64,000 nt of DNA from Chiloscyllium plagiosum (Eukaryota): NCBI RefSeq assembly GCF_004010195.1, contig NC_057719.1, positions 59,162,164 to 59,226,163 on the forward strand, written 5' to 3'. The number at the start of each line of letters is the position of its first letter. Within the stretch, counting starts at the first letter, position 1. Under the pieces are notes generated by a model. The model searched no databases. It saw nothing but the letters and a program-made list of their open reading frames with translations, and was not told the origin of the DNA. Made by a program: the position numbers and the translations under genes. Below are positions 37,701 through 50,303 of the stretch, piece after piece.

Positions 37701-39199
37701 AGTCAATTTGTTCTATACTCTGTTAAGTCTGAACTTTGAAATTGAAATTGTTCTTAAATTTGGCAGTAATACTCCTCACAAATTACTTCTCATTGTTCAA
37801 AGAGTAATTTACTGTCCATTAACTCTGACAAAATGTCCTTGACCTGAAACATTTATGCTGTTTCTCTTTCTACAGATACTGTCACAACTGTTGATTATTT
37901 TCAGAGTTTGATGTTTCCAGCATCGTCAACATGTTAGCTTTGTTGCAGAAGTTGAATGGTTTATTTTCATAGTGCCACTGTTTTAAACAGGTTTGTCACA
38001 GTTTTCAAAACACTATTATACTTACATTTGCATTTTGAACATTACAAGACCGAGAAAAATAAAAATGTGTTCATCTTCTGTTGAAGTTTCGAAGTCCTAG
38101 AAGCACAACAATTTCAAATGTTCACTGTTTAGGATAAGCCAATATTTAGAAGACTGTAACATAAGGATATAAAAGTTGAAGTCAGCCATTTGGCTGGCTG
38201 TTCAAGCCTTTAAATCCACAATTGACAATCAGACCTCAATGAATCTTCCTCACTTCATCTTTTCACACGATCCCCATATTCCTTAATTCCTGAAGTACCC
38301 ACTAATCAATGACAAAACGTTTGGATGGTAGGGATGGGGATGGGGATGGGTGTGGGTGAGGGGGTGGGACAAGGATTGGGGGTACCCTGCACCCTAGATT
38401 TCACAGCAAAAGGTAGCATTCTTGCAGCATCACTCCAGAAAAGCCACTTAAGAATTTTACAATTTTAATTAAATATCATTTTTTCCCTATTAATCTCCAG
38501 CAGTGTGAGTCATTCCAATCATAAATCACAGTCCCCTCATACAGCAAGAATTCCAGTGGCACTTTGTGGTGACCCCTTTTCAAACACTTTGTAAGTGATA
38601 TAAAGCTGTACTCCAGGTGTACCCTCACACCAATATCTTGTACTGAGATGTTTTAATTCTCTTGTATTAATCATTTTATTACAAAAGCTAACAACATTTG
38701 CCTGTCTAAATTCTTGCTGTATCTGCATCTAGCTGTCTCTGAGCTATCTAAAAGGACACCTAGGTCACTGTGAATGCTAAAATGTTTCAGTCTTTCACCA
38801 TTCAAAAAAAATGATGCTTTTCCATTTCTCTACCAATGTGAATAGATAAAGGGAAACCAGCGTATGTGCCATACTTAGATTTCCTGAAAGTCTCTAACAC
38901 ATTGCATAGCAATTTTGAATAAAAGTAATTAATTGGGGGAGGGGGGGTGAGAAGAACTGTGGCTCGCTGAAACAAATGATAGGCAGGCAAAACTGGAAAA
39001 GGTGACAGTGCTGCCTTTAAAGAGGAGATTGGTTGGGTACAGTTATAGGCAGGACAAACCAAGCCAGAGCTCTTGGATGGTGAATACATAGAGTATAAGA
39101 GTGCACATAACAGATATTGAAATATTGAAAATTCAACATTGTAAAAAAGGAAATAAAAGAGGCCTGAATTCCTGAGTGCTGCAATTTAAAAAAGAGAGA

Positions 39200-39725
39200 A
39201 AATTATTGGAGAGAGTGCAGGAAGGATTCACATAAATAGCTACAGATCTGAGGAACTCCAGTTCTGAAGATAGACTGGAGAATCACAGTGTTACAACAGA
39301 GAAGGTGACCATTCATATCATCATGCCTGCACTTGAGAAGATGGAACTGTTTTACCTTAGTTTTGATGGAACTATTAAAATCATGAAGGTTATGAACAGA
39401 GTAGAAAGGGAAAAACTGTTCCCACTCATTAACAAATTGGGAATGAGAAGGCACATATCTAAATTGGCAAAAGAAGCAAACTCACATGAGGGAAAACCTT
39501 TTTGCACACTGAGTAGTTAATGTACAGAATGCAGTGTCCGACAGTGGAATAGCTTCAATGGAAGCATTCAAAAATGAATCGGACTGTTTTCTGAAAAGGA
39601 GAAACGTGTTAAGTTATCGGGAAGTAATGAGGGATTGGCTTAAATTGAATTCCTCATTTGGAGAAACTGTACAGACAATGTAGGGCTGAATGGCCTCCTT
39701 TGCACTGTGGCAATGCCATGATTCT
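39200..39725 (+). mobile_element. old CR1 3' fragment
   Basis: ttggagagagtgcaggaaggattcac, LEKMELFYL...KVMNRVEREKLFPL and a gggctgaatggcctcct tail. Confidence 0.65.
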
Positions 39726-40681
39726 CTAAGAAAGAAAATATGGGAAGGGACTGATAGCTATACAAATAGTAGAAGTGTAGCAAGAGAAGGAATGGGGCTG
39801 ATTAGGGGCCTAAAAGTGGATCAACACATGCAGTGGAGGACATTTTTAAAGGACTAAACAAATCTGCTGAATCTTTTTTAAAGATGTTGTCACAGGCACA
39901 GTGGAAAAGAGAAGAGTTGAAAAAATTGGTGGCTTAAAAATGATGAATTTGAGGTATTACAAAGGCTAGCAGTTGTTACAAATGCAATATTTAACAAGAT
40001 GGTTCATTTTGGATTACATTTTTAAATGCAAGATTAGAGGCAAGTATAGAGAGCAAGAGTATAGGGAGTGTTCCACATGCAAATTATAATAGCTTCTACT
40101 TCAAAAACACAACAATAGCATCATTGTTCACAAGTCACAGTGTACAAGAGTTCTGAGGAAGAGTCACTGAACGTAAAACATTCACCCTGCTGCCAGACGT
40201 GCTGAGTTTCTCCAGCAATTTCTATTTTTCTAACATGAATATTAACCCTTCAGAACCATGACCTTACAAACAGATGAAAAAGCAGAAGTTAATCATTTGG
40301 CCCCTTAAGCCTGCTCAATTATTCAAAGAGATCATTAGTAATCTGCTTGAGTTCTGAATTCTTCCTTAAATGAAAAGATCAAAACTCCGCACAGAATTTG
40401 AGATGTGATCTCCGTAATATCCTTTATAATTGAAGCATAATGTCCTCAATTTTATGTTCAATTCCTCTTTTAATAAAAAATAGCATCTCATTATCAGTTC
40501 ACTGTACACAAAGTCTTGATTCATCTGGTGGACTTGGTAAAGCCAGTGCAGACCTTGTCAATGGACATATGCTGATACCATTAGCATGCACCAGACCATC
40601 TGACTTGGTGACCATGTCCTTAGATAAACTGAGGAGATATCAGAGACAGTAAGTTTGGAAATAGTTCAGTCTTTCTGAGCA

Positions 40682-41145
40682 GGCAGCATGGCGGCTCAGT
40701 GGTTAGCAGTGCTGCCTTATAGCACCAGGGACCCAAGTTCAATTCCAGCTTCAAGTTTGTGTCTGTGTGCAGTTTGCATATTCTCCCTGTTTCTGCCAGG
40801 TGTTCTGGTTTCCTCCCACAGTTCAATGTTGGGTGGATTAGCCATGAGAAATGCAAGGTTACTGGGTTAGAGTCAGAAGTCACATGACACCAGGTTATAG
40901 TCCAATAGATTTATTTGAATCAAGCTTTTGGAGCGCTGCTCCTTCATCAGGTCAATGCTCCAAAAGCTTATGATTTCAAATAAACCTGTTGGACTATAAT
41001 TTGGTGTTGTGTAACTTCTGACTTTGTCTACCCCAGTCCAATACTGGCATAAGATAGGGGGTTGGGTCTGGATGAGATTCTCTTCAGAGGGTGGTGTGGA
41101 CTTGATGGGCTGAATAGCCTGCTTCCATACTATGGATTCTATGAT
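40682..41145 (+). mobile_element. HE1-type V-SINE split by a fold-back element
   Basis: Head and V-core at 40682-40870, tail (gacttgatgggctgaatagcctgcttcc) at 41050-41145. Confidence 0.8.
40871..41050. mobile_element. fold-back PLE-terminal element, family B, with decayed hammerhead motif
   Basis: Same family as 11523-11699. The minus strand reads CTGATGA-A-GGAGC-AGC-GCTCC-(G>A)AAA-GCTT. Confidence 0.75.
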
Positions 41146-41149
41146 TTCC

Positions 41150-41660
41150 TCCTTTCTAGATGACGTTTTCTGGGTTTCACCATTATAGAGATGTGGCTTG
41201 AGGATGAAGGCTTGGTAGATGCACAATTTGGCATTTTCATTCAAGTTGCTGATGTCTCACACACTCTCTTACCAAGCTTAGACATAAAAGTTGTAGCTTT
41301 TCTGATACATGTGTTGATTTTAGCATCAGGTGACAGATTACTGGTGACTGTGGAGCCTTGAAATGTGAAGCTATCAACAACTTCAAGCATCACAAAGTTT
41401 AAAAACTGATAGGTAACTTTCTGACAACAGCCTGAACTGAGACATTTCTCTTCCTGATGTTAATAGTCAAAACAGGCTCTTTCCAGATATGAGAGAGGCT
41501 GCCCATTTCTGTCTGTATGTATTCCTTGGTATGGAATACTAGAGTAATATTGTCAACATCAGGCAATATTCTAATGAAGACCAGGCATACTATGTCATGG
41601 AACTCAGGTGAGGATGTCTGTAATACTTTCTGTCAGCACCGGTATATAAAATAGACTGCA
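41150..41660 (-). mobile_element. RTE-clade LINE fragment
   Basis: VVDSFTFQGSTV...DAKINTCIRKA and NAKLCIYQAFILKPHLYNGET match the RTE pattern 'V..F.YLGS..D.EI..RI.KA / TKL.VY.A.VL..LLYG.ETW'. Confidence 0.7.
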
Positions 41661-41880
41661 GTAACCATTTTTTATTCACAACTTTAAGATAACATCAACA
41701 CGGTTGTGTCATCTACATTATTGCATTATCTTTTAGCAAACAAGTTTTATCATATTCACACAGAGGAAAAAAACAGCAAGTTGCAGGCTGCAGGAATGCT
41801 CGAAATAGACCACATGTCTTGGAATTGAGTAGAATAGCATCTAATTCCATCACATGGATTGTTTATTCCAGATTAAGAAA

Positions 41881-41943
41881 TCGATTCTCCTGCTCCTTGG
41901 ATGCTGCCTGACCTGCTGCACTTTTCCAGCAACACATTTTCAG
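41881..41943 (+). mobile_element. very short PLE-terminal fragment
   Basis: tcgattctcctgctccttggatgctgcctgacctgctgcacttttccagcaacacattttcag, nearly identical to the family A tail. Confidence 0.85.
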
Positions 41944-42049
41944 ATCTTATAAGGCATGTATGACTATGAGTTTCTAGGCTTTAAAAATAGATGTGCTGAG
42001 TGTGAAACAAAGGTGCGATGACAAATCTACAGAAAACACTTGTACAGCC

Positions 42050-42550
42050 TCAGTTGTGTGATTACTTCTAATTCTGGGCACATAATTTAAGGAGAGTGTG
42101 AAGGGTGCAGAAAGGATTTCTGAAAATTGTTCCATGGATGAGCGACTTCAGTTACGTGGTCTGTCTCATTAAAGAAGGAAAGGTCAAGAGGAGATTTAAT
42201 AGACAGGTTCAACGCATGAGGTTCTGGGCAAAGTAGTCAGTGAGAAACTGTTCCTTTTGTTGGCAAGATAGAGAATGAGAGAAGACCAAACTAAGGTAAA
42301 TAATAAAAGAACCAAATATGAGGGTTTTAAAAAAAAACTGCTTTATGATCCAGATCATTAGAATCTGGAATCGCCTGAGAATGTGGTGGAGGCAAATTAA
42401 AACACAACGTTCAAAAGAATGATAATTATCTGAATGATAAGAAATTGCAAGATTGTGGAGAAAAAGCAGGGGAAAGGCTCTAATTGAGTTGCTCTGGCAG
42501 AGAGCTGGCAGAGGCATGATGGGCCAAATGGCAGACTTCATTGTTGTAAC
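42050..42550 (+). mobile_element. old CR1 3' fragment
   Basis: ttctgggcacataatttaagga, agaggagatttaataga and an atgatgggccaaatggc tail. Confidence 0.6.
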
Positions 42551-45414
42551 CATCCAAAACAAATTAGAGCAAGTCTTTATTTAATACTTCCATAATTATA
42601 TTATTTAGCTTTAACATTATATACTGTAGTTAATGGGTCCTGTAATCTCAAAGTGACACCAGACTCATTTTAGTGGTGTTTCTCTTGTAACTGACAGCCA
42701 TTCTTACACTGAAGCTGTGTGACATCCCCATGGCTTTTCCAATGTTCGAAGACTGATCCCCTCTCCCAATGGCATGCAAACGTTCTGATGTGGCTGGTAG
42801 TAGTGAGAGACAGGAGCAGTGATGACACTAGTTTGAAAAAATACTCGTTGATTATAACAGCCTCAGGATTTCTGCAGCAACTCAATAGCTGGAGGTGTGG
42901 AGTGAGGGAGTTTCAGCAAATTGCAGCATGGTGGCTGAAGGAGAAGCCACTGCAAAGTGAAACAGGAGATGAGATCAAAGAATCTATTGGAGAGGAAAGG
43001 GGCCATTTTCCGTGAGAAAGTTATATTCTTCTTTTAAATTCTTTATTCTGTTTTATTCAAAAAGCAATACTATTTAGCAATGTATGAATTTAACAATGTA
43101 ATGTGTTTCAGCTTACAGGGTATAATGTCTTCGTGTTTCCTTTCTAAGAAGGTTCAACATAATCTAAGTTTGTAAATTTCTTTACATTTTTGCATTGGTT
43201 CTTATGGGAAACTACATTTCATTTTAAATGATGGCTTAATATTATACTAAAGGGTGATTAAAGACAGAGACCTGACAGAGAAATTAAACACTTTCAGAAA
43301 CCAAGGTTTGTCAAAATATATGCTCTTTATGAGTTAATCCAACATTCAATGAAAAGCTCCAGGTACCAGACCCCACTCTGAGTTACTTATTTCAGCCACA
43401 GCTTCAGTACAATGGCCATAATATGATGATTTTAACAAGGTTCCAGCTCATTATCCAGCAACACAATGTTAGAATGAAAATGTGTACAGTCATCAGGCTA
43501 AAAAAAAATTGGAGGTCAATTGTGATTTATCAACAGTTAACAACCTGCTGACCTTGGTTAAATAGGTTCATGCATGAATAACTGCCTCTTGGGTGAAGAA
43601 GAGAATACAAATACAGTTCAAACAATGACAAGATCTTCTACCACAAGGAACCAAAGGAGAAATTAATCATTAGTTCCCGAGATAACATTGTGATACTTTG
43701 CAGAAGTGATAACATGGCAGTTAATGCTCTTGTAATGTTTTATTTAATTGCTTTCATTTCATAGAATAAACAACCAACAAAGCGTCATGGGTTACTCACT
43801 GTGTAATCAGGAGTTTTGGTCCTTATAGGATACTTGGGTGTTTAAACAGGTTCTTCCCGGTAAAATAAACAGTTTAAGTAAAATCTGCTTCAATTTGTGT
43901 ATAAGTTGACAGATAGGTATAATGTTGAAATTAAGTTTCATCCACCAGTGACGATCTCACTGGGATGGATGATATAATCAAACCACAAAATGATTCGCAA
44001 ATCAGGCAGCTGTGCCTAGGAGCCAGCACACAGATAGACAATTGACCAGGCTTTAACATTCTAATATTTCCCAATATTACTAATTAACCAGGAGCTTCAA
44101 AGAAAAGCAGAAAATTCTAGAAGTGTGCAGAGTTAGGCAGCATGACATATCGAACAGAAATATTACTCTGCTTTTCTCATTCCACAGATACTGCCTGATT
44201 GTCAGAGAGTTTCCAGCATTTTCTGCTTTTTGTTCAGAGTTCCAGCATCTGCAGTATGTTATAAGTGAAGTGTCAGTGTGACATGTTTTGTGTTAAGAAT
44301 GCTATAGGTGTGCAATACCCAAGTTAGATTGAACCAACTGGGGATTAAAAGTACAATCAGACTCCCAGAGACAAAGCTGCAGTTTAAGTTAGCCAATGAC
44401 TCAGAACTAGATGATTTTAAAAAAGTCAATTAGATGTCCCACCAAATCAGTTATGTTTGTCAATCAAGCAAGCAGAATGTGCAGGACTTGTGAATTTAAT
44501 TGATTATTCTTTAATTAAAGCTGGTGTACTGATTCAAAATTCAAAGAGAATTTTTACCATAAATAAAGGACTGACTGACAAAATAAAATAGAAGTATAGA
44601 AATACAAAGAGCTGCAAATGTATTTCAAAGCTGTAAGCCATATTGAATTTCCTGTAAATCTAGATTTAATCTTCAGATTCGGTAATGTGTTCCACAGTTG
44701 AGGCTCTCTTCTGCAACATGTACGATATCTCATGAGAAAGCCCATAGTTTACTGCTATTGAAAAGCCTTGATTGCAAATCATGTGTGATGAAATTAGAAA
44801 GGTCGTTTAGAATACTTCTGAAATACAAATAAGAACAGAGGATGTGAATTTTCTCCGAGTCTTTCCTGCCACTGTAACTTTGACAGAAATCTTGCTTAGA
44901 CACGTAATTGCACTTCAATTTATTGATTTGGCAGAAAACAAACACATTTAGAATAAAACTCTTACCGTTCTCATTAGAGGCATTATGTACATTGCAAGCT
45001 AATTTGTCCTTTGAGATTATGGACTAGACGATTGTCCTTGTTGCAAACACCAGTATACATAACACCGTTATTCAATATTTACTCTATTTATTCCAGGCTT
45101 AAATTATAGTATTTATGGAACTTTCTCCTGATCCAACTGTACCTGCCTAATAATAAAAAAAAGCCCTGCCCTGTAAATTCTAATAACATCTATTTGTCAA
45201 ACACAGGAAATACATTTTCTTTCCTAATATAATTATTACCATAGCTACAAAATGCTTTATGTTTTAACCATTCCAATTAATAGCTGCATAGTTAAAATGG
45301 CATTTGCTAAAGCAGATACCTTAAATCTTGGTAGGAAAGAGTTGCAGATAAAACTAAGATTATCTCATATTTTAAAAAATATTATTTTGCGCTGCCAGAG
45401 TATTTTCTAAACCT

Positions 45415-45992
45415 AGGTAAAAACAATGACTGCAGATGCTGGAAACCAGATTCTGGATTAGTGGTGCTGGAAGAGCACAGCAGTTCAGGCAGCATCCGAG
45501 GAGCAGTAAAATCGACGTTTCGGGCAAAAGCCCTTCATCAGGAATAAAGGCAGAGAGCCTGAAGCGTGGAGAGATAAGCTAGAGGAGGGTGGGGGCGGGG
45601 AGAAAGTAGCATTGTGNNNNNNNNNNNNNNNNNNNNNNNNNNNNNNNNNNNNNNNNNNNNNNNNNNNNNNNNNNNNNNNNNNNNNNNNNNNNNNNNNNNN
45701 NNNNNNNNNNNNNNNNNNNNNNNNNNNNNNNNNNNNNNNNNNNNNNNNNNNNNNNNNNNNNNNNNNNNNNNNNNNNNNNNNNNNNNNNNNNNNNNNNNNN
45801 NNNNNNNNNNNNNNNNNNNNNNNNNNNNNNNNNNNNNNNNNNNNNNNNNNNNNNNNNNNNNNNNNGTGGAAGGCTCCTTTAGGGCCTTGGATGGAGGTGA
45901 GGGAGGAGGTGTGGGCGCAGGTTTTGCAGTTCCTGCGGTGGCAGGGGAAGGTGCCAGGATGGGAGGGTGGGTTGTAGGGGGGCGTGGACCTT
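45415..45992 (-). mobile_element. young 5'-truncated PLE spanning a gap, with intact hammerhead motif
   Basis: Minus 45541-45514 reads CTGATGA-A-GGGC-TTTT-GCCC-GAAA-CGTC. A perfect 14-bp TSD tattttctaaacct is at 45401-45414 and 45993-46006. Confidence 0.9.
45617..45865. other. assembly gap
   Basis: Run of N. Confidence 1.
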
Positions 45993-47226
45993 TATTTTCT
46001 AAACCTTCGTCCTTTAATATCTTCCTACGTTTCCATTACCACCTGCTGCATAACACATGATTCAGAAAGAACACTTTTACAAAAAATCTTTACAGTGCTA
46101 GATGCAGAAATGTTATTTTCAATAAGCTAAACTTCTGATGTTATCAACTACACATTCAGTCTCCTTCCCAATACATTCATTCAGTGATCTTAGATTCTTA
46201 GGTTTACTCCAAAACTCTCAGAGTCTTTATCTGCACTGCTCCTAGTCCCCAGAGCCCTGCCTGTTTTCTCATAGCCCAGCACCCCTATTGAAACACTGCA
46301 TCCCTGACAACCTATTTTAATATTGGGAGATCCAGGTCTCCTTCCTTCCTATTGGGGTCAGACCCTAGTGCCAAACCTAGAGCTGGATTTTTAATCTAGG
46401 GTCAGGAACTTGATGCAAGGAACACTTAAGTATCAAAGGGTGAGTTCAGCCCTAAAAGTAGGTTAGAGATAGGACACAGAAACTGAGGGCATATTGAGTA
46501 GATTTACAGGAGCCAATTATTAGTCTTGCCATTCACTGAGAAGGTAGCACAAAAGACTCACCGAGGACTAACATTGGCATGGACAGGCATCCATGGGCAA
46601 CCACAAGGCTTTTTCAGGCCTCTCCTGAGACATTCATCAAATGGTCACGGAGAGGTAACAAATATTAAAAATAAAATAAATATCATATCAAACATGAGGT
46701 AGAAAAATAATGGATGGAGGTTAGCAGTACAGAATTGTCCAAAAGGATTATGTGTTCAATCTCAAAAATCCAACAACCTGATAAGATCTGAAAAAGGTGA
46801 GTGGCAAGTCACATTCAAGTAATTCTGTACGTAGCAAGATGCACACAAGCTGAGCGATGTATGAGGAATGGCTCATCACAACATGCTGGGATTTAAAAGG
46901 GACTGACTGGTCTAATGTGCAAGAGGAAAGCCATTTGGCAGTGTTACAAAAAGAGGCTCTTTCAAAGATGCAAGCTACATTGGTGTGATACACATTACAA
47001 AGACTATGAGGGAGATTACAGAGAGGGCCCATATCCATAATGATCTAGAGCTGTTCTTCCATCTAAGTATGTATAATATTATTATATTGGGTAACATTTA
47101 ATGCATTCTTCAGTATTAACCCCTTCAGAGCTTATCATTTCATACAACACTCCACACCAAATGCTTTTTCTGTTATTAGTATTTAAAGATTAATGTATGT
47201 AATAATATTTATCACGGTTCCTCATG

Positions 47227-47358
47227 TTCTGAGGAAGGGTCACCAGACCTGAAATGTTTACTCTGATTTTTCTTCACAAATGCTGACAGGCCTGCTGAGC
47301 TTTTCCAGCAGCTTCTGTTATTGTTTCTGACTTACAGCATCCGCAGTTCTTTCAGTTT
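47227..47358 (+). mobile_element. short PLE-like terminal element, family C
   Basis: CTGAGGA-A-GGGTC-ACCA-GACCT-GAAA-TGTT followed by a cagcatccgcagttctt tail. Relatives lie near 37840, 40152, 44100-44260, 59635 and 60430-60555. Confidence 0.7.
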
Positions 47359-49479
47359 ATATTTATCACTACCCTATCTCCCCGGGGACTGGCTTCATAA
47401 AGCTAAGCAATTTGATGGTTTCATACTCTGCCAGAATGTGGTCTCTTCTAACTAGAAGGATCAGTAGGTCTTTGGCTTGAAGACTTTTGGCCTTGATTCT
47501 GTTCTTAACAGGGTGAGCTCTTAGAGTTATTTATTTTTATGAAACTCCTCAATGGGTTTATCCCAATCAACTATTGCTGAATAACTGATCCACAGTGGGA
47601 TGGGGCCTCTCCTTCTTTTTACAACACCTCCCACTGTGTGAATATTATGCTATTGCTGCTGGCCTGCAGCCCCTTGACTGGTCATACCATTCCAACTGGG
47701 ATCCCATACCCACACCTGTTGCCCTTGGCCTACGTATGTTGGCCATTATGCACAGTTAGATTTATTATAGTCAATAGCTTGCTGCCACTGGAAAGACTGC
47801 TCCTACTTACAAACATTTTTTTATAGTCTCATGAACTTAACTGTGGAATGAACTTCTTTGGTAAAATAGAAAGGTGAGTCTTTAGTTTCTATCCAACAGC
47901 AATTCTAATGGCAATGCAGCAGTATGGACTGGTAACTTAGCAACCTTGTACTGCCATTCAGTAAGACCATGGATGATCTGATACTCCAAATTCCTACTTT
48001 TACCCTGTGTCTCATGTTTTCATTACTGATCAAAAATCTGTCTATCTCAGCCTTTAATATATTTCACAACCCAACCTTGACAGCTCTCTGTAGTAAAGAA
48101 TTCCACCGATTCAGTAGCATCTAAGAGAAGAAATTTCCCTTCATCTCTGCCTTAAATCTGCAACATAAATCCTTGATAAGACTACTTGGCATAGCCCCAC
48201 TTTTCTTACAAAACTGACAGTAGGCAGCACAGTAGGACATCAGAAATCAAGTTATGTAGACACTCTGAACACAGTGTGAAACATCACAAAAAAGAAGGGC
48301 ATCTGAAATGTTCTGCTCTTTTTTGTTACAAGGGCAGAAACCAGAATGCAGAAGTATCTACTAATCTACAGAAATCTCTCAGCAATTATTTTCCAATTGT
48401 CCTCACATCATAAATATTCATAGCATTCCGAGTAACTCAGCTGAAGCCTCAGAGTTTGGAAAAGAAATTGCAGCTGTATTTTAACATCACAACAGTGCCA
48501 TGAATTACCAAACAACTTGGAACATCAGCTACTATCATATACAAGTCAAAGGAAGTACTGTACATGAAGACTTTGTTATTCATTTGTTACTGTTATTTGC
48601 TATAATTTAATATCTTTAAAAACTTTAGATGTGGCCTAATTTTAAGTGTATCAGAAATAAACCTCACAGTATTATACAGTTGGTGCATTACCAAGTAATG
48701 GAATATACTATAGGATATCATTAAGAAACATCCTTATAAATCAGCATATGCTTTTCTTCTGTAACTTTATAGATTGTAACTGGTTCATTGTTCTCAAAAC
48801 AAACCACAGTGTTTCTCATCTTTCAATAGTTGTCATCTGGAGTTGAACATGTCAGACTACAAAACATTGAGCTCTCCAAATGAGAAAAAATAAAAATTCA
48901 GTGACAGCAACTCCATTTATCTTGTTAACTTGAATCCGATTTTTGTCAATACTATCAGTGCAATCACAATATTCAAATAAAGTGTACATGTAAAAATTGA
49001 AATTGAGATAAGGGAGAAAACTTGATAGAACAGTTTGTTTTTAGAAAAAGGGCATGAAGAGTATAAAACAAGAAGAGAATGAGTTGAGGAGATAACTAGC
49101 CTGTTGTTAATATTGAACAATATCAGGCCTATTGTCAAACCAAGTCATAGGACCCATTGCATTTTAGCTTATTTTAAAGTGCAATTGCAAACATGACAAT
49201 CTTGTAAAAGATAAAAGTATTCAATTGTGATAGAACTAATTTTGCTAAGCCTAGATGTGATTTAGCAAAGCCATCTGGAAATGCTATGATGATAAACCAG
49301 TACCAGATCAGCAGGAGATATTCATCGAGGTAACAATGTTTCGGAGCAAGAATAATCCTTTTACAAAAAGAGGATGGGATTAACAAATTCAAAGTCTCCT
49401 GAATGTCAAGGTGCTCAAATAACAGGACAAAGATTGAAAAAAGGAAGTTCTTGACAAATACAAGGGCTGAATACTCCTG

Positions 49480-49960
49480 AGAACCTAGAGGTGTATGAAA
49501 AAGTATATGGGGTAATTAGAGGGGAAAGTAGGAAACAAAGAGAGAGCATGAGAAATATTGCCAGGAATAAACAAGGGGATAACTAAAGAAAGAGTAGGAC
49601 CTACTGGGGACCATAAAGGTAAACCATGTGCAGAGGCAGAAGATGAAGGTATGGTTGTTAACGGATACTTTGTATACATTTTTATAAAATAGATGGATAA
49701 TACAGACATTCAGGAAAAAGGAGAGTGAAGTATTGCATTAATTTACATAGTGAGATAGGAAGTATTAATGGGTTTAGCATTTTTATCATGGATAAACCCC
49801 AAGCCCAGATGAAACGTGCTCTAAGTCTATGGAGAGAAGTAAGAGCAGAAATAACTGACGCACTGACTATCATTCTGCAATCCCGTCTGATAAAGCACAT
49901 GATGTCAATGGTCTGATGGACAGCTAATCTTGTATGATTGCTTAAAAATGGATTAAGGTA
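49480..49960 (+). mobile_element. old CR1 ORF2 linker fragment
   Basis: ITKERVGPTGDHKGKPCAEA and DKPQAQ...REVRAEITDALTIILQS. Confidence 0.65.
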
Positions 49961-50303
49961 TGGTGAGGTAACCCATGATCCCTGGGATTGTTACCGAAAT
50001 ATTGACTTTTTCTCATGAGCTTGGATAAAAATTCAAAATGTGGAAGCCAAGTTTAAATCTGGCCAATATACAAACTGTAGAAGTAGAACACTAGAGCATA
50101 AAGTCAAGCCTTGGACAATCAACTTCTGTCTGAAACCAGGCAGGCCTAGAACTGCCTGGCCAGGGTATAGTGGCCACATTATTTCAGAACAAACCACTGT
50201 CTACACCTCCACTTAACCTGCTTTATTAGAAGAATATTATGCAGACTTGGTGGCACCCAGCTCAGTAGGAGGCCAGAGACATATCATGACAAGGACAACA
50301 CTT

